From Candidatus Hydrogenedentota bacterium (GTDB lineage Bacteria > Hydrogenedentota > Hydrogenedentia > Hydrogenedentales > SLHB01): DNA of 64,000 bases. The position numbers were made by a program, and so were the translations under genes. Below are positions 59,788 through 64,000 of this stretch, in pieces (the stretch's first letter is position 1; each line of letters begins with the position of its first letter). The DNA lies in contig CAXXYE010000009.1 in assembly GCA_963674865.2 (NCBI GenBank), positions 640,001 through 704,000 of the forward strand, written 5' to 3'. The notes beneath the pieces were generated by a model. It was not told the origin of the DNA and ran no database searches. It saw nothing but the letters and a program-made list of their open reading frames with translations.

Positions 59788-61161
59788 TCACATGTCGCCT
59801 TGGACAAACTTGTAGAGGCGCAGCATGCTCGGAGCAGGAGTTGGGCCTTCGCGAGGACGATCGCGTTTGGCTCCGAGCGTCTCCCAGCGCAACATGTAGC
59901 GCGCGCCAGGTTCGTCGCTCCCGCCCAAGTCGCCGCACCACTGCACCTGAATGCCTTCGAATGCCGAAAGGGGCTTGCCGAGCTCCGGCGGGTGCGAAGG
60001 CGGGGTCTCAATGACGCCGCAGGGTTTGAAAGTTTTTTCGTCGAGTCGCCAAGTGCCGGAGCCCACCTTGGCGTGGGAATAGGATTGACTCAGGCCGCCG
60101 CCGGGGGCCGGCTTGACGCCACCGATGCGGACTTCGAAAGGGATTGACCCTCCGCCGCTGAAATCCCAGCGGTAGTCCCAGTCGCTCGTCCGATAGATGT
60201 GCCAGCTGTCATCTTCGCGGAGCGCATTGAAGGCTTGTGTATTTCCGTCGTCGTCGTATTTCAGGTAGCTGATCACGGGGCGTCGTTTGGAGTCAAAACC
60301 GAGCCGCACGTTACCGTTGATAGCGCCGCCGCCCGGCGGAACCGGATCAACGACTTCCCCCTTTACGATGGTGATGGGCAGCGTCACCGGTTCGCCGGCA
60401 CTCGTCTCCCAATGGACCAGATCTTTGGTGCGCGCGTAGGAGATATCGTGGTTCGTGGCGCAGTCCGGCGTGTCGCGCCACACCCAGACCAGATGATAAT
60501 AGTCATCCGGCCCCCGTGTTGGCCCTAGTGCATAGGCGTTCATCTTCCCTTCGCCCGATAGCAGCGGAGTGTCAAGCAGTCGGGACCACGTCCTTGAGGG
60601 GAGGTCGTACACGTTATAGATGTCCGCGCCGTTGCCGCTCTTGCCGTCGCGGTACGCGAAGAGAAGGCGGTTGTCAGGCGTGCTCGAGAAGCGAGGGTAG
60701 GTGCAGCGCTCCTCATTCTCGCCCACCATCGCGGTGACACGCTCGAAACTCTGGATATCATATGGATTAGCCGTCCGGAAGTATGTCAGTGGAGCCACGT
60801 GCATGTTACCGGCGAGGTGAATGCAGCCGGCGTCGTCCGCCGCCATGGTGATGTAGTTGTGACTGTCCCAGCCGACATCCGAGGGCAGGCGCCTGAACAG
60901 CCACTTGCGCGCATCGAGCCTGCGCGACGCCACTGTCATGCGCCGTTCGTCGTCGTAGAACGCCACAAACTGATGTTCTCCCGCCGTGAGCAGGCAGAAT
61001 CCTACCTGGTGGCCCGCCCACACCGGTGCAATGTCGAGCGCGTATTCCGTGCGCACCGCGGTGGAATCCCTTCCGCCCTCAGCCCACATTGTCGCGCTCA
61101 GGACTACAAGGGAGAGCAACAGGAGGCACAGAACTGCTATCATGATTCTTAACTGATTCAT
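59788..61161 (-). CDS. BNR_4-family beta-propeller protein (lyase/neuraminidase-like)
   Basis: ATG after GGAGAGGAG, signal peptide; WDSHNY, HLAGNMH, CTYP, YRDGKSGNG, WVWR..NHDISYA. Confidence 0.8.
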   Translation of the reverse strand: MNQLRIMIAVLCLLLLSLVVLSATMWAEGGRDSTAVRTEYALDIAPVWAGHQVGFCLLTAGEHQFVAFYDDERRMTVASRRLDARKWLFRRLPSDVGWDSHNYITMAADDAGCIHLAGNMHVAPLTYFRTANPYDIQSFERVTAMVGENEERCTYPRFSSTPDNRLLFAYRDGKSGNGADIYNVYDLPSRTWSRLLDTPLLSGEGKMNAYALGPTRGPDDYYHLVWVWRDTPDCATNHDISYARTKDLVHWETSAGEPVTLPITIVKGEVVDPVPPGGGAINGNVRLGFDSKRRPVISYLKYDDDGNTQAFNALREDDSWHIYRTSDWDYRWDFSGGGSIPFEVRIGGVKPAPGGGLSQSYSHAKVGSGTWRLDEKTFKPCGVIETPPSHPPELGKPLSAFEGIQVQWCGDLGGSDEPGARYMLRWETLGAKRDRPREGPTPAPSMLRLYKFVQGDM

Positions 61162-61336
61162 CTCCTCTCCTTGTATGTGGAGTGCAGGCCGCTCGCGGAG
61201 TCCAAGTTTCGTGCGGCTCTCAGGCCACTGCACAAGACAGGCAGGGCGCTGTCATGGCGTTGTTCTTCAGGCCGCGGCTAAGGGCTGATGCCGCCGCCGC
61301 AGCATTCGGGGCTCCTGCAGAAGCAACGAATCCATC

Positions 61337-62134
61337 CTACCCGGCAGATTGAGGCTTGGCCAGGAATCCCAGCGCCGTCAAGAATCGATCGGCCTTTTCC
61401 AGCGTCTGCGTGTAAGGTTCGTTGCCGTGCCGGCCGTAGTTGAAGAATCCATGCTCCCGGCCTTCGAAGGGGATTAGCTCGCAGCGGTTGCCAGCGTCGG
61501 TTGCCAAACGCGCGTAGCGTTCGATTGTGCCAAAGGGCACCAGCTTGTCTTCCGTTCCGTGGAAGATGATCGTCGGGGGAAGGCCGGCCTCGACGTGAAG
61601 CATGGGTGAGATCGCTTCTCGCTCTTCCATGGTCAAGGCATCCGTCGCGTGGCCCTTCGGCTTCGCGCGGGTTAGGTCGAGTCCCGGGTTGAAGAGCACC
61701 AACGCGTCGGGTCTTGACGATATGCTTGGATCTTCACCGGGTTCTTCGAAGCCCCCGATGACTCCGCAGCAGGCGGCCACGTGCCCCCCCGCCGATCCGC
61801 CGCTGGCGGCGATGCGGCCGGCGTCAACGCCCAATTCCTGCGCGTGGGTTCGAATCCACCGTACCGCTGACTTCCCGTCGGCCACGCACGCAATAGGCGT
61901 CACCCCGTGCCGATCTCGAACTCGGTACTCCGCCGAGAAGGCGCATATCCCCCGGGCGGCGAAATGCTCGCATTGGGGAAAGAACTGCTCGGGATTGCCT
62001 CCGACCCAGCCGCCGCCGAAGAAGAACACGATGGCCGAGGACGGCCTGCCGCCTTGCTGAGCCTCGGGCCGGAACGCATGGAGCAGCAGATCCACATCGC
62101 CGATGGATTTGTATACGATTTCCGTTTGACTCAT
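61337..62134 (-). CDS. Alpha/beta-hydrolase (carboxyl/acetyl esterase)
   Basis: FFGGGW, GGSAGG, FHGTEDKLVP, HGFFN. Confidence 0.9.
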   Translation of the reverse strand: MSQTEIVYKSIGDVDLLLHAFRPEAQQGGRPSSAIVFFFGGGWVGGNPEQFFPQCEHFAARGICAFSAEYRVRDRHGVTPIACVADGKSAVRWIRTHAQELGVDAGRIAASGGSAGGHVAACCGVIGGFEEPGEDPSISSRPDALVLFNPGLDLTRAKPKGHATDALTMEEREAISPMLHVEAGLPPTIIFHGTEDKLVPFGTIERYARLATDAGNRCELIPFEGREHGFFNYGRHGNEPYTQTLEKADRFLTALGFLAKPQSAG

Positions 62135-62488
62135 CAGCCCACTCCTCTATGGCGCCCCTCGATTGCTTTGTCAATACGTCCTCTTCACGCTTGGCTCCCG
62201 CCCGGGCTCAAGACTAGAAGCACGTTCCTTTCCCGTCATTGTAGTTCCGTTTGCCGATACCATCAATGCCGCCTCTGCTGTCTGAAACGTGAGCCGCCGC
62301 GAGTGGCCACGATTTTCGCGCCAATTCTTCACCTCTTCTCACACAGCGTCGTCAGCGACTAGTTGCTTGTACTTTGAGGCGGTACCACTGCCCCTTCCGA
62401 CGCCTGTTAAGCGCGTGTCACAAAACACCTCGCTTACACTACTATGTGGTAGACAAGCGAGTGATATTGAAGACGGAGGAACCGACGA

Positions 62489-64000
62489 ATGTTTGGTGGA
62501 GCTAGGTCAAAGGATACACGGCTGGTGCTCCAGGCGTTGTCCGGACGACGTGATGCTTTTGGGATACTTGTGCAGCGCCATTTGCCAACAGTCTATGCTG
62601 TCGCCTACGCGCACACCGGAAACCATGCCGACGCGGAGGATGTTGCCCAGGATGCGTTCCTCAGGGCGCTACAAGCACTCAATACGCTCCGCCAGCCCCG
62701 GCATTTCTGTGCATGGGTCGTCGGAATTGCGCGGAATGCGGCTGCGGACCTCCGAAGACGACGTGCGCGGGAGTCTGAAGTCTTGCTGGATCCGAAGGCG
62801 CAGCCGTCATCGACCCCCGACACCGACGCGGAAATCTGGGGCCGGGAACTGCGCGATCTGGTGCGCAACGAGATTCAACGGCTCGACGAACAGGAGCGGG
62901 AAATCCTGCTCCTACACTATTTCGCGGGCAGGCGGACGAAAGAAATCGCCGCGCTGCTCGGCCTCTCCCCGGCCGCAACACGCAAGCGACTGCAGCGGGC
63001 ACGTGAGGCCCTCGGCAAGCGCGTCCTCGAACAGCTTGGGCCGGATGAAGACTTCAGAACCGAGCTCGACAGGCGAGCGTCGCGTATCACGAGCGCGGCC
63101 TTCGCAGCTCCTATCCCTTGGAACGTGGGGGCCGTGGCTGCACAAAGCACTTCCGTTTCAGCGGCATTAGGTTGGGCCGGTACGATCGGCGCCGTGAAGA
63201 GCTTTGGCGCCTTCTGCCTGGTGGTCGTGGCAGGAACGGTGAGTATCTGGCTCCTAACGCGCCACGAAGAACGCCCCCTTTCCTCAGCCGACACTCACGG
63301 CATTGCGGTGACGCCAACCGAGCCGCAAAGGGACTCACCTGCGGCGGATGTCAAAGCCCCGTCGAGGCCCGATACGGGCATGTCTTCGGTGGCGCCCGCC
63401 AGCAAATCCCCCGCGGATACACCTGGAGGAACGGCGGAGGATCGGGATGGGGGCACCGTCCGAGGTCGGGTCGAAACAGCTAACGGCCGCGCGGCCGCTG
63501 GGGCGGTAGTCACGCTGCATCGTTCATTCCGCGACGGACAGTGGATCACCCGCTGGACGGGCGAGAAGAGATCTGCCAAGGCCGATGAATCAGGCGAGTT
63601 TGCGTTCGCCGACGTGTCCTATGCTGAGCTCCCCCCTCTTTCTGCCGAATATGAGGTATTGGCCTGTACGAAGGACGGACTTGCGAAGAAACACGTCTCG
63701 CTGGATAAAGAAACGCATGAGAAGGATATCGTTCTGCGACTGGAGCCTGCGGAGAGGTTCTCGGGAAAGGTGGTGGACAGATCCGGAGCCCCGGTGATCG
63801 GGGCGGAGGTATATCCCGCCGAGCGCCAGGGCCGGGGAAGCATCATCTACCATCTGGCGCCCGCGATGGCCGTCGCGACTGGCCAGGAGGGGGTGTTCCT
63901 GTTTCCTGCATTATGGCTGGGCCAGTGGCAATTTCACGTCCGCGCCGACGGTTATGCCACGCAAACGACGAGTTTCTTCCCACTGGATGGCCCCGAGCCG
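62489..64000 (+). CDS. ECF sigma-70 factor fused to a TM helix and carboxypeptidase-regulatory-like repeats; runs off the window
   Basis: Hand-translated open frame after GGAGG. Region 2 DAEDVAQDAF..WVVGIARN, region 4 EIAALLGLSPAATRKRLQRAR, hydrophobic FCLVVVAGTVSIWLL, then GTVRGRV and FSGKVVDRSGAPVIGAEV. Confidence 0.88.
   Translation, partial: MFGGARSKDTRLVLQALSGRRDAFGILVQRHLPTVYAVAYAHTGNHADAEDVAQDAFLRALQALNTLRQPRHFCAWVVGIARNAAADLRRRRARESEVLLDPKAQPSSTPDTDAEIWGRELRDLVRNEIQRLDEQEREILLLHYFAGRRTKEIAALLGLSPAATRKRLQRAREALGKRVLEQLGPDEDFRTELDRRASRITSAAFAAPIPWNVGAVAAQSTSVSAALGWAGTIGAVKSFGAFCLVVVAGTVSIWLLTRHEERPLSSADTHGIAVTPTEPQRDSPAADVKAPSRPDTGMSSVAPASKSPADTPGGTAEDRDGGTVRGRVETANGRAAAGAVVTLHRSFRDGQWITRWTGEKRSAKADESGEFAFADVSYAELPPLSAEYEVLACTKDGLAKKHVSLDKETHEKDIVLRLEPAERFSGKVVDRSGAPVIGAEVYPAERQGRGSIIYHLAPAMAVATGQEGVFLFPALWLGQWQFHVRADGYATQTTSFFPLDGPEP

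Overview
GC-rich bacterial window dominated by secreted or periplasmic carbohydrate-, sulfate- and phosphate-scavenging enzymes. The gene repertoire suggests a Hydrogenedentota- or Planctomycete-like organism, but that is inference only. Positions 1-22.8 kb look like host chromosome: a GH-A-clan hydrolase, a GH78 rhamnosidase, a small foreign-looking SnoaL plus trypsin-TPR insert, a sialidase-like protein, two MITEs, two sulfatases, tandem alkaline phosphatases, an unannotated 51-aa peptide gene and a URO-D-like gene. A tRNA-Glu(TTC) at 22817-22894 is the insertion site of a ~33.9 kb genomic island. Its 3' 50 bp recur at 56699-56748 with 1 mismatch, there is an N-truncated tyrosine integrase next to the tRNA, and TTGGTGCAAGC arm-type repeats sit at both ends. 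The island carries pectate/RG lyases, DUF4838, heparinase II/III-like and nucleoside-hydrolase-fold genes, IS relics, a relic of a second tRNA att site, and a decaying integron. The integron's two cassettes lie downstream of intI on the same strand. The most unusual signal is a pair of diverged ~91-bp direct repeats (32258-32348 and 34873-34964) that bracket the whole integron. Each has a recombinase-like core (CAAAY-N6-GTTCGGCGCCGT) and an IHF-like box, suggesting the integron was itself a mobilisable module. Right of the island are a second DUF4838 gene, a BNR_4 protein, an esterase and a membrane-anchored ECF sigma factor fusion that runs off the window. All family calls come from motif recognition by eye; no database searches were run.
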